Source of the DNA: an uncultured virus (IMG/VR IMGVR_UViG_3300046697_000351)
Taxonomy: Duplodnaviria; Heunggongvirae; Uroviricota; Caudoviricetes
Strand: one strand, 5' to 3'
Virus record (IMG/VR): IMGVR_UViG_3300046697_000351
Coordinates: 1-64,000 of that record
Length of the DNA: 64,000 nucleotides
In this document: one piece after another, positions 16,277 through 26,134 of the stretch
Position numbering within the stretch: position 1 is the stretch's first letter
How the letters are laid out: every line of letters starts with the position of its first letter
Made by a program: the position numbers and the translations under genes
Notes under the pieces: generated by a model
Told to the model about the DNA's origin: nothing
Seen by the model: only the letters and a program-made list of their open reading frames with translations
The model's database searches: none

Positions 16277-16533
16277 AAAACAATAAGCCAGGACCACTTG
16301 CCCAGCCCAAGAGCACGTACTTTCACCTCAACATCACGCTACCGAACGAACTCGACGTCGCCATCGCTGACGTCGGGAACCGGGCCAGAGCCAGCGGCGG
16401 GCGCAAGATCAGGAAGACCGAGGTCCTCCGGGCATTGGTCAGGTTCATGATCGAACTCGACGTCGACGTCTCCGGGGTCAAGAGCGAGGACGATTTCTTC
16501 AGCAGGCTCAGGGATGCCTTCCTGAGTAAGTGA
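16273..16533 (+). CDS. Ribbon-helix-helix-like DNA-binding protein
   Basis: FHLNITLP strand, then two helices (IRKTEVLRALV). Confidence 0.55.
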   Translation: MKNNKPGPLAQPKSTYFHLNITLPNELDVAIADVGNRARASGGRKIRKTEVLRALVRFMIELDVDVSGVKSEDDFFSRLRDAFLSK

Positions 16534-16700
16534 CCGTATGACCAAGATCGAGATCAATAAGTCCCAGCAGGGCAAGAACCGTTTCGTCCTCCTAATGGGG
16601 AAGAAGCCCCGTCGTTTCCACATCAGCCGCCAGGAATTATTTCAACTGATGGACACCGGAATCGCGGCCCTGTCCGTTTCAGTTCAAGGAGATCGCCATC

Positions 16701-17177
16701 ATGGCTGAGAGAATCGTAGACAAGTATTGGATCGACCCGAGCGGTGCTCTCCATCACGTCACTGACGAGCACCAACTCTACGCCTGGACCTTCCTAGGGC
16801 CCAAGGTCACGAAGAAGTTCACCAAGGGCAAGTGGCAGGCCGACGATGAATTCCTAAAGCGCGGCTGGATCAGGGTCCAGATTTACTCGGAAGATGGCCT
16901 GGCCCTCCAGGGGCAGCGCGAGTACCTGAACCGCAACGGTCAGTTCATCCTGGAGGCCATTCCCAGCCCCCGCCGTGTCTACATCAACGTCTGGCCCACC
17001 GGCGAGTACAAGTACTACGGGGCCGAGGAACTGGACAAGATCGGCTGGGACGCACTCGCGAAGAAGAGCAAGGGCAAGACCCTATTTGCGGCGCTGCTGC
17101 GCGAGATCGCTACCGACGTAAAGCCCGGGGACAAGCTGACGTTGCAGGAGCAGTGGGCGAAGAGGGCGCGGCCATGA
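16701..17177 (+). CDS. Hypothetical protein
   Basis: AAGGAG RBS; YWIDPSG...H...GWIRV motif. Confidence 0.65.
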   Translation: MAERIVDKYWIDPSGALHHVTDEHQLYAWTFLGPKVTKKFTKGKWQADDEFLKRGWIRVQIYSEDGLALQGQREYLNRNGQFILEAIPSPRRVYINVWPTGEYKYYGAEELDKIGWDALAKKSKGKTLFAALLREIATDVKPGDKLTLQEQWAKRARP

Positions 17178-17557
17178 AAGAGCACGAGTGGGACTACGAG
17201 GCCCTGGAAAGGGAAGCGATCAAGACCTTGGGTGAGTTGCGGGTCGCCTCTTTGCTAAAGCGTGGCTACGGTAACACCGTGGCCGGGGTAATCGCCGAGT
17301 TTGACCGCGTAGCGAACGACGCGGAAAAAGCCCAGAAGTTCGTCAATGATATGGTAGGGCAGTGGGTGGCGGTACGAGGTCCCAACGGTGAATACTTTGC
17401 CGTGGAGATGGACGAGTGGGACCAAGTCGTTGAGCACATCCACTCCGTGTACCCCAACACCAAGTTCCCGAGCTTCCTCAGCACTCAGGCTCACAAATCA
17501 GGCTTGTCCGGCGTGGACCCGAAGGGAGTGAAGTACGACCAGAGGAAACCACGATGA
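17174..17557 (+). CDS. Hypothetical protein
   Basis: ATGA overlap. Confidence 0.6.
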   Translation: MKEHEWDYEALEREAIKTLGELRVASLLKRGYGNTVAGVIAEFDRVANDAEKAQKFVNDMVGQWVAVRGPNGEYFAVEMDEWDQVVEHIHSVYPNTKFPSFLSTQAHKSGLSGVDPKGVKYDQRKPR

Positions 17558-17793
17558 GGTACGGCATAGGTTGGTGGCGAGCACGATTCTTCTGGAAGCT
17601 CCACATCTTTATGGGGCACCTGATGGAGCCCTGCTGGCCGATGCGCGCCGCAGACTGGATTGACACTCACGTCCTTCACCGCTGGTTCCTGCTGAAGTTC
17701 TACGACACCTGGACGTTGCGTTTGCGCATCATTTCATACGGATGGTGGCGGGACGCCGTGTATGGGCCACGGCCCCAAGGAGTGCGGCCATGA
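17554..17793 (+). CDS. Hypothetical Trp-rich protein
   Basis: ATGA overlaps at both ends. Confidence 0.5.
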   Translation: MRYGIGWWRARFFWKLHIFMGHLMEPCWPMRAADWIDTHVLHRWFLLKFYDTWTLRLRIISYGWWRDAVYGPRPQGVRP

Positions 17794-18218
17794 TCTCCAA
17801 GGTCGAGAAGGTGTTGCGGAGCGACAAGTACAATCTGGCCGAAAGGCGCCTGGAGTCCGACCAGAGGAAGAACCGGAAGGTCGTGGCCATGACTCAGGCA
17901 AGGATCGACGGCTGGCACGTCGGTCCTTCCTGGGGGCGCCTCTGGTTCACGGGACCGACGTCGACCGTGTTCGTCCGACTCCAGGACTTCCTCTTCGTCT
18001 CCTACGATCTGAGCCGCCTCCGCTTCGAGCCCTTCGCGATCAGCCCCAAGGGCGTGGTTCGGCACCTGGACCCGATGGCCCCGAGCCGCCCGGGCTACAT
18101 CTGCGTCAGATCGCGGTCGTGCCCAGTCACCGGCTGCGTCGTCTATGCCATGCGCGTCGTCCACGACGACCGGCCCGAGGAGTACTGGCAGTTCGTGCTC
18201 GACCCGCTTGAGGGATGA
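17790..18218 (+). CDS. Hypothetical protein
   Basis: AAGGAG RBS, ATGA overlap. Confidence 0.55.
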   Translation: MISKVEKVLRSDKYNLAERRLESDQRKNRKVVAMTQARIDGWHVGPSWGRLWFTGPTSTVFVRLQDFLFVSYDLSRLRFEPFAISPKGVVRHLDPMAPSRPGYICVRSRSCPVTGCVVYAMRVVHDDRPEEYWQFVLDPLEG

Positions 18219-18219
18219 C

Positions 18220-18744
18220 ATGGACAAGAACAAGAGACTTCTCCGGCTAAGGGATCGTTGCATTGAGCTTCTTCCAGCCGTAAGATTTTCCCAAGACTTC
18301 TTATCCTTGGTTGGCACCGTGCCCTGCGCCACAAAATCGGTTCTGTACAAGAAGGAGAGCGATGGGTTCTATGTGACCAAGCACAGAACTTGTTCCTGGT
18401 ACGGATACAGGATGGACCGAGGTCTAGGAGCGCTGCTCTATGGCTTCTTTGATACGACCAAAGTGGAAGGCAGGGCACATAATGACGTCAGAAACCGACT
18501 GATCTTCATCATACTCCTGTGGGATTGGCTCAGGGGTAATCCCTGGCTAAAAACCTTTTCAGACAACCAGACTTTGGCTATCCAGTGCGAGAACGATCTG
18601 GCTTATTGGGAGCAGTGGAAGAGAGTCGTGGAGATCATGCACGAGGAGTTCCCGGACTTGTGGAAGTCTTACGCGTGCAGGGCCGGGAAGGTGAACTTTT
18701 TTTTCATTAAGAGGAGAGATCATGGACAAACGAGCGCAGCTTGA
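18220..18744 (+). CDS. Hypothetical protein (lower GC)
   Basis: Follows the upstream stop by 1 nt. Confidence 0.55.
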   Translation: MDKNKRLLRLRDRCIELLPAVRFSQDFLSLVGTVPCATKSVLYKKESDGFYVTKHRTCSWYGYRMDRGLGALLYGFFDTTKVEGRAHNDVRNRLIFIILLWDWLRGNPWLKTFSDNQTLAIQCENDLAYWEQWKRVVEIMHEEFPDLWKSYACRAGKVNFFFIKRRDHGQTSAA

Positions 18745-19735
18745 GCTTCACCTGTGGGATGCAGCGGTCAACCCAGACTCTGCGGCGGCAGCAGACTTCT
18801 TTGCCCGGGAGTCGAAGAGCGTAGATAGGATCAAGGAAGTCCGTGACCTGGCTCGGACAATGCGCGATCAGGGCGTCCTGGGAAAGAAGATGACCCAGGC
18901 GCAGTATCTGACATTTATCCGGTACCTGAAGGCCTCGGCGGTAAAGAATGAGGTGGTCGGGACCAGTTGCGATATTGAACAGCTTGCCTCAAACAAGTTG
19001 TTGCACCGTGTCCTGATCTCCGCCGGGCTCAGCCGGGTCTACGAGCATCTATCCGAGGGCCCGTTCGCGATCATGTCCTCGTGGAAGTCGTGGTTCTCGG
19101 ACGAGGAGAACTCGAAACGGGATAACCGCCTGCGCGTGCGCCTCCATAATCTAGGGCTCGGGTTCCTCCCGGCCAAGGGCGTGTGGAAGAACCTGGAGGG
19201 CGAACTCGATAGTGAGGCCAGCCTCTTCATCGTTGGCATCGACCGTCAGACGGCCTTGGGCCTGGCCAAACACTTCCAGCAGGCAGAGTTGATATGGGGT
19301 GACTCTGGCAGGTACGACTTGCTAGATGCCAATACCGGGATATCAAAGAAGGGCGGCCCCGTGTCCGACGATTTCCACCACCTAGACCCCGGAGAGGTAC
19401 CCCCATCGGGAAAGACCGAGGTCAAGAAGAAGCCGTTCACGCTCAGCGGCAGGCCATTTGACGGCGTGATCAACGCCGAGGAGTGTTACGGGGGTTGGGC
19501 CGTGGGGAACCGACAGCGGTGGTGGCCGGGGATGTCCAAGACCGCGAAGTGGGATCGCGGTGGCCGCCCCTACTTCTTTTGGAACAAGCTGGATCATAAG
19601 TCCACGTGGCCCCGCTTTGGATTCGATCTGGAGACCAAGTCAGAAATGACGATCGATGAATCCAAGCACTACCTCGACTTGGGAGTTTTCCTGCCGCTCG
19701 GCCCCCTGTGCATGGGGGAAATCTGGGGCAAGTGA
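18722..19735 (+). CDS. Protein with a central SAM-lyase/DUF3293-like domain
   Basis: FAIMSSWKSWFSDEENSKR...GVWK...SEASLFI...ALGLAKHFQQAELIW resembles the T3 SAMase pattern. Confidence 0.55.
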   Translation: MDKRAQLELHLWDAAVNPDSAAAADFFARESKSVDRIKEVRDLARTMRDQGVLGKKMTQAQYLTFIRYLKASAVKNEVVGTSCDIEQLASNKLLHRVLISAGLSRVYEHLSEGPFAIMSSWKSWFSDEENSKRDNRLRVRLHNLGLGFLPAKGVWKNLEGELDSEASLFIVGIDRQTALGLAKHFQQAELIWGDSGRYDLLDANTGISKKGGPVSDDFHHLDPGEVPPSGKTEVKKKPFTLSGRPFDGVINAEECYGGWAVGNRQRWWPGMSKTAKWDRGGRPYFFWNKLDHKSTWPRFGFDLETKSEMTIDESKHYLDLGVFLPLGPLCMGEIWGK

Positions 19736-19742
19736 GGTTCAT

Positions 19743-20561
19743 ATGAAGATCACGATCGCCTTGGTCGTCTTGCTCAGCGCCTGCGCCTCGATACCCCGGG
19801 CCACTGTTCAGGGGCGCCTCGCCGAGGCCTGGACCCAGATCAGCAGCAGTGAGTTCGTGAGAGTGCGCGGGATCGGGGTTGCGAACACCAAGGTCCGGGG
19901 CCTCACTCGGCGCCGGGGCCTCAGTCGAGACGCGGCCTTGGTTGCCGCCCGCTACAACCTCTTGGCCCTGATCAAGGGCGTGCGCCTCAGCGGCGGGATC
20001 ACCGTCAGCCAGCTGATCGAGCGCGATAGTCTCATCGCCGAGGTCGCGAACGAGGTCGTGTCCGGCGGCGAAGAGGTCCTGACGGAGTGGACTAAGGATG
20101 GCGGCTGCGTCGTGACCCTGGAACTCAAGCGCTCCACGGTAGAGCAACTTATCCAGAAGGAGTCGCAGAGGGAGCGGGACCTGGCGCTCCGCGTCGCCCA
20201 GGACATGGAGGAGATACAGAGTCTGGCGCAGGCCCTGGCCGAGGCCATCAAGAACCCGATAAATAAGATGGACGGCTGCGACATCGAGGCGATCCAGGAG
20301 AAGGCCTTGAGGTTGCAGAACCTCCAGGATGGTCATGTCGACATGCAGTTTTTCTCGTTCCAACAACCCCGGGTGGTCTACGACCTGGCGACGGAGATCG
20401 AACGGGCCAGGGAACTGGACGTGAAGGAGATGGCGGCGGAGATGCGCGTGGGCGGCTGCGACTTCCCGACCCAGAGGTCGTGGGATGATCTTGAGCGGAG
20501 GCTGAGGGCAGACGGCTACTACAGCGCCGAGTCGATCGCGGCGAGGGGAGGGAGACCTTGA
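19743..20561 (+). CDS. LPP20-like lipoprotein, paralog A
   Basis: Signal peptide with lipobox LSAC; VRVRGIG...RRGLSRDAALVAARY. Confidence 0.7.
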   Translation: MKITIALVVLLSACASIPRATVQGRLAEAWTQISSSEFVRVRGIGVANTKVRGLTRRRGLSRDAALVAARYNLLALIKGVRLSGGITVSQLIERDSLIAEVANEVVSGGEEVLTEWTKDGGCVVTLELKRSTVEQLIQKESQRERDLALRVAQDMEEIQSLAQALAEAIKNPINKMDGCDIEAIQEKALRLQNLQDGHVDMQFFSFQQPRVVYDLATEIERARELDVKEMAAEMRVGGCDFPTQRSWDDLERRLRADGYYSAESIAARGGRP

Positions 20562-20664
20562 GCGTGATTAGGACGGGAATCATCGAGCTTACGACTGGGG
20601 CCTATGGCTCCGAGAAGTTCAAGAAGTTTTTTGATACAAAACCGGAGGCCAAGTGAGGTCCGGG

Positions 20665-20961
20665 GTGAAGAGCATCATCGAGGGCATCAACTTCCTGGAG
20701 GCCCTGAGCGCCCAGCTCAACAACGACGTCCCGGAGCGCCAGAAGCTGGAGGTCTACGGCGTCATGTGCCCGCGCTGGGCCGCCGCCCCAGGGACCACGG
20801 ACGCCGACGCCGACGAACTCAGGATCAGCGTGGTCCGGCGCCGGTCCATGCAGTGCGCGCCAGTCCTCTATGCCCTGGCGACGCTGCGCAAGCTCAGAGA
20901 AGAGCACGAGATGTCGGTGTCGATCCCGGCGTCGGAGTTGGGGGAGCAAGGTGGAGATTAG
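20665..20961 (+). CDS. Hypothetical protein
   Basis: GAGG then GTG; GC3-rich codons. Confidence 0.5.
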   Translation: MKSIIEGINFLEALSAQLNNDVPERQKLEVYGVMCPRWAAAPGTTDADADELRISVVRRRSMQCAPVLYALATLRKLREEHEMSVSIPASELGEQGGD

Positions 20962-21244
20962 GATTAGCCTGTCCCAGGTCGAGTTCCGGGCTTTGGTCCT
21001 GGGCGAGGAAGTGGCCATCCCCCCACTGACCCCCGCGAACAAGACCCGCCACTCCCTGAAGATCGTCCTGGATGACATAGGCTTCCAGGCCATGACCGCC
21101 GAGGTCAACGCGGCTCGGCGCTTGGTAGAGGAGCGGGAGCGCCGGGAGGCCCTGTCAAAGGGCCGGTGCCGGTTCTGCGGAAAAGGTGGCCTCGCGGATC
21201 ACGCCGGGGCCGCTCGCTGCACCGCGTGCGGGAGGCTCCAGTGA
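20951..21244 (+). CDS. Zn-ribbon protein
   Basis: GGAG RBS then GTG; CRFC...CTAC. Confidence 0.55.
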   Translation: MEIRISLSQVEFRALVLGEEVAIPPLTPANKTRHSLKIVLDDIGFQAMTAEVNAARRLVEERERREALSKGRCRFCGKGGLADHAGAARCTACGRLQ

Positions 21245-21252
21245 GGGTGAAT

Positions 21253-22479
21253 ATGCTTGGTCGGGACATTGAGATCACGCGGCAGACTATGCTCAGCGAC
21301 GGCTACTGCTTGTCCACGGTCAAGCACACGGAGCGGATCAGCGCAGCCGGTGACTACGTCGTCAGCAACCCCAGCGAGGACACCCCCGGAGTGCTCTGGC
21401 TCAAGGAGCACGTGAGGTACTGCCGCCAGTGCTGGTGCGCAAACGCCTACAAGAACTACCTCGTCGAGTACCTCGAACAGCAACACCCGTCCATGATCAC
21501 GGCTTACCACCAGGGCAGGCTCTCTCCGACCATCCTGGGCAACGCCCTGCGCTCGATCCACAAGGCCAGGCCCAAGTTCGTGGACGAGATGATGAAGATC
21601 GTGACCTATAATGCGATGCCTCCGAACGCGCAGGCGGCCCTGGACTTCCGGGCGTTCTCCCAGGCCCTGGGCTCGTCTGGAGAGGCCATCCTCAAGGGCA
21701 CCCAGATCGTCAGGGTCGAGATCGAGGTCCTGTTCGACGCCTGGAACCTGCTGGGGTCTGCGCCGGAGTACGATAAGGACCGCCTCCTCTCCGACTGGGA
21801 GTCGGGCAGGATCGTGCCGCCGTTCCCATCCACCTACTTCTCCCTGAGCGAGGGCGTCAACGACCACCTGATCAAGCACTTCTTAGACAACGTCCCTGGA
21901 GACCTGTTCGGGTCCTCGAACGCCCACGGCTTCCTCGCCATAAATCATGGAGAAAAACCACTCCTATTTGAGCGGTCTTACTGCCTGGACCCTAACGGGG
22001 AGGTGGCCAACGGATTCGCCAGGCCTAGCCAGGAGCAGATCGAGAGCCGGTCCTTCTTCTGGATCGTCCTGGTTCGGGCTCTCCAGGACGAGGTCTTCGT
22101 CGCGGACAAGGTAATGGTCCCGGCCCGTGGCCTCAGGCCGAACCCGTGGGTCAAGGTGGTGTCGACCCCGGCGGACCTGTCCCAGGTCGTCCCATTCTAC
22201 GCCGTCCGCGCCAACCCCAAGAAGTCGTTCCGCGATTCTACGAGGGGCTACGGGCACCGCCAGATCGACTGGAGCCACCGCTGGTCCGTCACCGGTCACT
22301 GGAGGCACTACAAGGATGGCCGGAAAATCTGGATCGGTTCCCACGTGAAGGGTCCGGAAGACAAGCCCCTGATCCCCTCGGTCCGGGTCTACGCGAAGGA
22401 TGGTCCGGGCGCTGCCGGATCGCCGGGCTGGCTGCGCCGCGTCTGGCGGCGCCTGGTCAGCCTCTGGCCTGGGTCTTGA
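21253..22479 (+). CDS. Hypothetical protein with C-terminal HRWSVTGHWRHY...WIGSHVKG motif
   Basis: Long GC3-biased ORF. Confidence 0.7.
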   Translation: MLGRDIEITRQTMLSDGYCLSTVKHTERISAAGDYVVSNPSEDTPGVLWLKEHVRYCRQCWCANAYKNYLVEYLEQQHPSMITAYHQGRLSPTILGNALRSIHKARPKFVDEMMKIVTYNAMPPNAQAALDFRAFSQALGSSGEAILKGTQIVRVEIEVLFDAWNLLGSAPEYDKDRLLSDWESGRIVPPFPSTYFSLSEGVNDHLIKHFLDNVPGDLFGSSNAHGFLAINHGEKPLLFERSYCLDPNGEVANGFARPSQEQIESRSFFWIVLVRALQDEVFVADKVMVPARGLRPNPWVKVVSTPADLSQVVPFYAVRANPKKSFRDSTRGYGHRQIDWSHRWSVTGHWRHYKDGRKIWIGSHVKGPEDKPLIPSVRVYAKDGPGAAGSPGWLRRVWRRLVSLWPGS

Positions 22480-22513
22480 CAGTTTCAATTCATCATGGTA
22501 TAATACTATTATG
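22471..22513 (+). promoter_or_regulatory. Leaderless promoter cassette, copy 2
   Basis: GGGTC-TTGACA-17-TATAAT-6 nt-ATG. Confidence 0.85.
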
Positions 22514-22543
22514 AACAAATCAATCTGCAAAATTGGAGGAGCT

Positions 22544-23077
22544 ATGAACAGGATAATGGGTTGGGTCGTGATCTTCGCTGTTCTTTGGTCGTCTTCCGCT
22601 TGCTCAAAGGTCAATCGGTCCTTGAGCAAGGGTGAGGTCAAGTCTCTGTGGGAGCAGGTCTCGGATAAGGACACGATCCGCGTGCGCGGCATTGGTGTCC
22701 CCCCCGAAGGTACGAAGAGCCTGACCCAGCGCCGTGGACTTTCCCGCAACGCCGCGCTGGTCAATGCCCGGTACGAAGCCCTGGCGCTGCTGCGCGGGGT
22801 TAAGCTGACCGGCGGCCTCAGCGTCGCCAGCCTCATGGAGAAGGACAGCCGCATCCGCGAGATCGCGAACCAGGTGATCGCGGGGATGGAGGAGGTCCAG
22901 GTCGAGTGGGCCTCCGACGATGGCGCCGTGGTTCTCCTTGAACTCAAGCGCGACAAGCTGGAAAAGATGCTGGTCGCCGCCGGGGTCGCCGACGCCTCGG
23001 ACTCGTACAAGCAGGTGGAGGCCGGGTCGCAGGCCTCGGACTTGAGACCGGAGCTGGCTAAGGCCAAGGCCCAGTAG
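22544..23077 (+). CDS. LPP20-like lipoprotein, paralog B (alternative in-frame leaderless start at 22511)
   Basis: GGAGGAG RBS; hydrophobic signal ending SSAC; core clearly similar to 19743-20561. Confidence 0.7.
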   Translation: MNRIMGWVVIFAVLWSSSACSKVNRSLSKGEVKSLWEQVSDKDTIRVRGIGVPPEGTKSLTQRRGLSRNAALVNARYEALALLRGVKLTGGLSVASLMEKDSRIREIANQVIAGMEEVQVEWASDDGAVVLLELKRDKLEKMLVAAGVADASDSYKQVEAGSQASDLRPELAKAKAQ

Positions 23078-23080
23078 AAC

Positions 23081-26000
23081 GTGGAAGAGATCAAGGTCAC
23101 CCACCCACTGGAACTGGCCCTGGGGGGCCTCGGGCAGGCGGCGTCCCTGCCCGGGGCCCCGGCCCCTGGCCGACCGTGGGCACCGGCCTGGACGCCCCAG
23201 GCCCCCGGTGCCTGCCCCTTAACAGGGCAGGAGAAGGTGCTGACCCTGAGCCTCCTGGAGGGGTCCCTGATCAAGGTCGAGGCCAGTCCCGCGAGCCCGG
23301 ACCTGTTCATCGAGATCAGCCGACTCCCGACCAGGGTCCAGAGGAAGGGGGCCCTCGGGGCCTCGTTCTACGACCTGCCAGGAATCCAGTCCGTGGCCAT
23401 GTCCCAGGGCTACCGGATCGAGTACGCCCCAGAGGTGCAGGCCCTGATCGACAAGTGGAACCTCTGGTGCCTGGACCTGGAGCAGGTAAAAACGTTCTCC
23501 GACGTCTCAGGCTTCAGGGTTCCGGGCCTAGACGTGGAGTTCATGCCGTTTCAGGCTAGGGGCGTCGCCTACGGCTGCAAGATCAAGTCCTTCATGCTCT
23601 TGGACACCATGGGGCTAGGAAAGAGTATACAGGTATTGGGAATTCTGTACACCCATCGCCTGTCATTAGGTGGGCGCCTGGAGACCCTGATCTTGTCCCC
23701 GACATCGGTCGTCGGAGACTGGCAGGCCAAGTTCAGGAAGTTCGCCAAGATCGAGGTGTCGGTAGCGACCGGGAGCAAGGCCAAGCGAACCAAGGTCTAT
23801 CAGGGCAAGCCCGAGTTCCTGCTCATGAGCTACGACGTCTTCATGCGGGACATGGTCGAGGTCGCCAAGAGCTTCCGGCCAAAGGCCCTGATCTGTGATG
23901 AGTGCTTCCCCTATAATCAATTCGTAGCTACTAAAAATGGCTCCATCAGAATTGGGAGATTATATAACTTGTGGCTGGCCGGGAAGGCTCCTTTGATAAA
24001 GAGCCTCAACCTCGACAGCGGATCATTTGAGTACAGGAGTATTCTGAAGGCGTGGAAGAGAGAATTGAAGCCCATGGTGTATGTAGGAGGAAGTGGTTTC
24101 GGTTTCAGGTGCACTCCGGGCCATCTAATTCTCACTTCTATGGGGTGGGTGCCAGCAGGAAATTTGCGTGTTGGAGACTTTGTGACGACTGGGGCTGACA
24201 TCTCTGGCCGAATAAGGTACTTGGCTCCTATGTTGAACAGCGACCAGAAACAGGTCTTGATAGGATCATTCTTGGGAGATGGGAATATCCATCGACTTGG
24301 AGGTTGTCGATATAGGATCAGATTCCTGCATGGCGCCAAGCAGCGGAGGTACTTGGTTGAGAAGTCTAGAATTTTTGGCTGTAATAAAATAGCCAAGATA
24401 AAAAACAACGGATATTCCGGCGGGATAGCTTATAGGGCAGCCAGCCAGGCATTCTTTTGCAAGGATATTCCCAAAGGAAAAAAAGAGTTTATCCCCGACT
24501 GGATGATCGAAGAGATGGATGCGAGGGCGATAGCTATTTGGCTCTTGGACGACGCGTCATTCAATCACAAAAAAAAGCAGGTGGTCATCCATACCAACAG
24601 ATTCCCGGAATACTTAGTCGAGAGGCTTTGCGTTAGACTCAGGGAATTCGGCGTGAACTGTTATTGCTCCATCACGGCAAAGCACGATGGCAGATTCTTC
24701 TACTATATACGAATACCGGCTAGGGGCTACAAAAGAACAATGGAGCTGTGCGGGAAATTTTTCTTTCTTGGCATGGAAAAGAAAATACCCATGGGCAGTG
24801 AGATTTATGAATGGAGTCCAAAATACCCAGAGGTGTCTCTAGGGCTAGTTACAACGATAGAGCAGGATGACAAGCCAAGAATCGAATCAGAGAATTTTTT
24901 ATTCGATATCGAAATCGATGAGAACCATAACTTTGTGATCTGTTCTCCGTCAAATAAATCCCAGTCTGGGGTGGTGGTCCATAATTGCCAGCGCATTTCT
25001 AACAGGAAGAACAAGGCCGCGATCAGGCTCTTCGACTTTGTCGACGCCGCGCGACCCCAGTACCGGATAATGGCCAGCGGCAGCCCCATCGCGAACAAAC
25101 CCATAGACCTCTGGAGCCTGCTGCGCCTGGTCAACGCCGACCTCGCCGGTTCCCCGACCCTGTTCGAGAAGCGGTACGCCAGGGAGAAGCTGATATACCA
25201 CAAGGACAAGGCCACGGGCGAGGTCAAGCCCAAGGGGACCACCTACGGGTCCGGAGACAAGGCCAAGTTCGTGCCCCTGAAGAAGTTCGAGAACCTGAAC
25301 CCGAAAAAACCCGCCGACGCGATCCTACTCCGCGAACTCCGGGCCAAGATCAGCCCGTGGCTGATCCGCAGGCTGAAGAAGGACGTGCTCACCGACCTCC
25401 CCGAGACCACGGAGGAGACGATCAGCATCAAGCTGGGGCCCCGGGAGCGCAAGGTCTACGAGGAGCTGCAAGCCCGCTTCGCCGAGGCCATGGCCGGGGT
25501 CGCGGACGAGGACTCGGAGAACAGGGTCGACAATTTCTTTACCTGGTTCATCCGCGCGCAGCAGGTGTGCTGCTCCCTGGAGATCGGAGGACACGGCAAG
25601 GAGTCGTCCAAGATCGATGAGCTAAGGAAGTTCGTCGAGGACTACTCCGAGGAGCAGAAAATCCTTATCTTCAGCCGGTTCAAGGGCATGACCGACATCG
25701 TCCACCGGGAGATGAAGGAGTACAACCCCGCGTACCTGCACGGGGCCGTAGCGCAGGCAGACAGGCAGCCTCTGGTGGACAGGTTCCAGACCGAGGACGA
25801 CTGCCGACTCTTCATCTCGACCCTGGGCGCCGGTGGCGTGGGCTTGACCCTCACCGCAGGGTCCATCGTCGCCAGGCTCGACCGCTGGGTCAGCCCGATC
25901 CTCAACGATCAGTGCGTGGCCAGGGCTGACCGAATAGGTCAGAAGCGCAACGTCCTGGTCGTGGATTTCGTCGTCCGCGACAGCGTCGAGGAGCGCATCT

Positions 26001-26125
26001 TAGGAATCCTGGAGGGCAAGTCCAGGATGATCAACAGCCTCATCGTCTCGGAGCAGTCCGAGGAGCAGCAGGAGAAGAAGATTCTCCGGGCCCTAGGTAA
26101 GCAGGGGATGCTCAAGCTCATCTGA
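23081..26125 (+). CDS. SNF2-family helicase/ATPase containing an intein
   Basis: PFQARG, DTMGLGKS, ICDE|intein|CQ, SGSPIAN, RRLKKDV, GGVGLTLT, RADRIGQ. Confidence 0.92.
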   Translation: MEEIKVTHPLELALGGLGQAASLPGAPAPGRPWAPAWTPQAPGACPLTGQEKVLTLSLLEGSLIKVEASPASPDLFIEISRLPTRVQRKGALGASFYDLPGIQSVAMSQGYRIEYAPEVQALIDKWNLWCLDLEQVKTFSDVSGFRVPGLDVEFMPFQARGVAYGCKIKSFMLLDTMGLGKSIQVLGILYTHRLSLGGRLETLILSPTSVVGDWQAKFRKFAKIEVSVATGSKAKRTKVYQGKPEFLLMSYDVFMRDMVEVAKSFRPKALICDECFPYNQFVATKNGSIRIGRLYNLWLAGKAPLIKSLNLDSGSFEYRSILKAWKRELKPMVYVGGSGFGFRCTPGHLILTSMGWVPAGNLRVGDFVTTGADISGRIRYLAPMLNSDQKQVLIGSFLGDGNIHRLGGCRYRIRFLHGAKQRRYLVEKSRIFGCNKIAKIKNNGYSGGIAYRAASQAFFCKDIPKGKKEFIPDWMIEEMDARAIAIWLLDDASFNHKKKQVVIHTNRFPEYLVERLCVRLREFGVNCYCSITAKHDGRFFYYIRIPARGYKRTMELCGKFFFLGMEKKIPMGSEIYEWSPKYPEVSLGLVTTIEQDDKPRIESENFLFDIEIDENHNFVICSPSNKSQSGVVVHNCQRISNRKNKAAIRLFDFVDAARPQYRIMASGSPIANKPIDLWSLLRLVNADLAGSPTLFEKRYAREKLIYHKDKATGEVKPKGTTYGSGDKAKFVPLKKFENLNPKKPADAILLRELRAKISPWLIRRLKKDVLTDLPETTEETISIKLGPRERKVYEELQARFAEAMAGVADEDSENRVDNFFTWFIRAQQVCCSLEIGGHGKESSKIDELRKFVEDYSEEQKILIFSRFKGMTDIVHREMKEYNPAYLHGAVAQADRQPLVDRFQTEDDCRLFISTLGAGGVGLTLTAGSIVARLDRWVSPILNDQCVARADRIGQKRNVLVVDFVVRDSVEERILGILEGKSRMINSLIVSEQSEEQQEKKILRALGKQGMLKLI
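23903..24985 (+). mobile_element. Intein (361 aa) with LAGLIDADG homing endonuclease
   Basis: Begins CFPYNQ, block B CTPGHLI, LIGSFLGDG, ends VVHN followed by Cys; AT-rich relative to exteins. Confidence 0.93.
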
Positions 26126-26134
26126 GAGGGAGCC

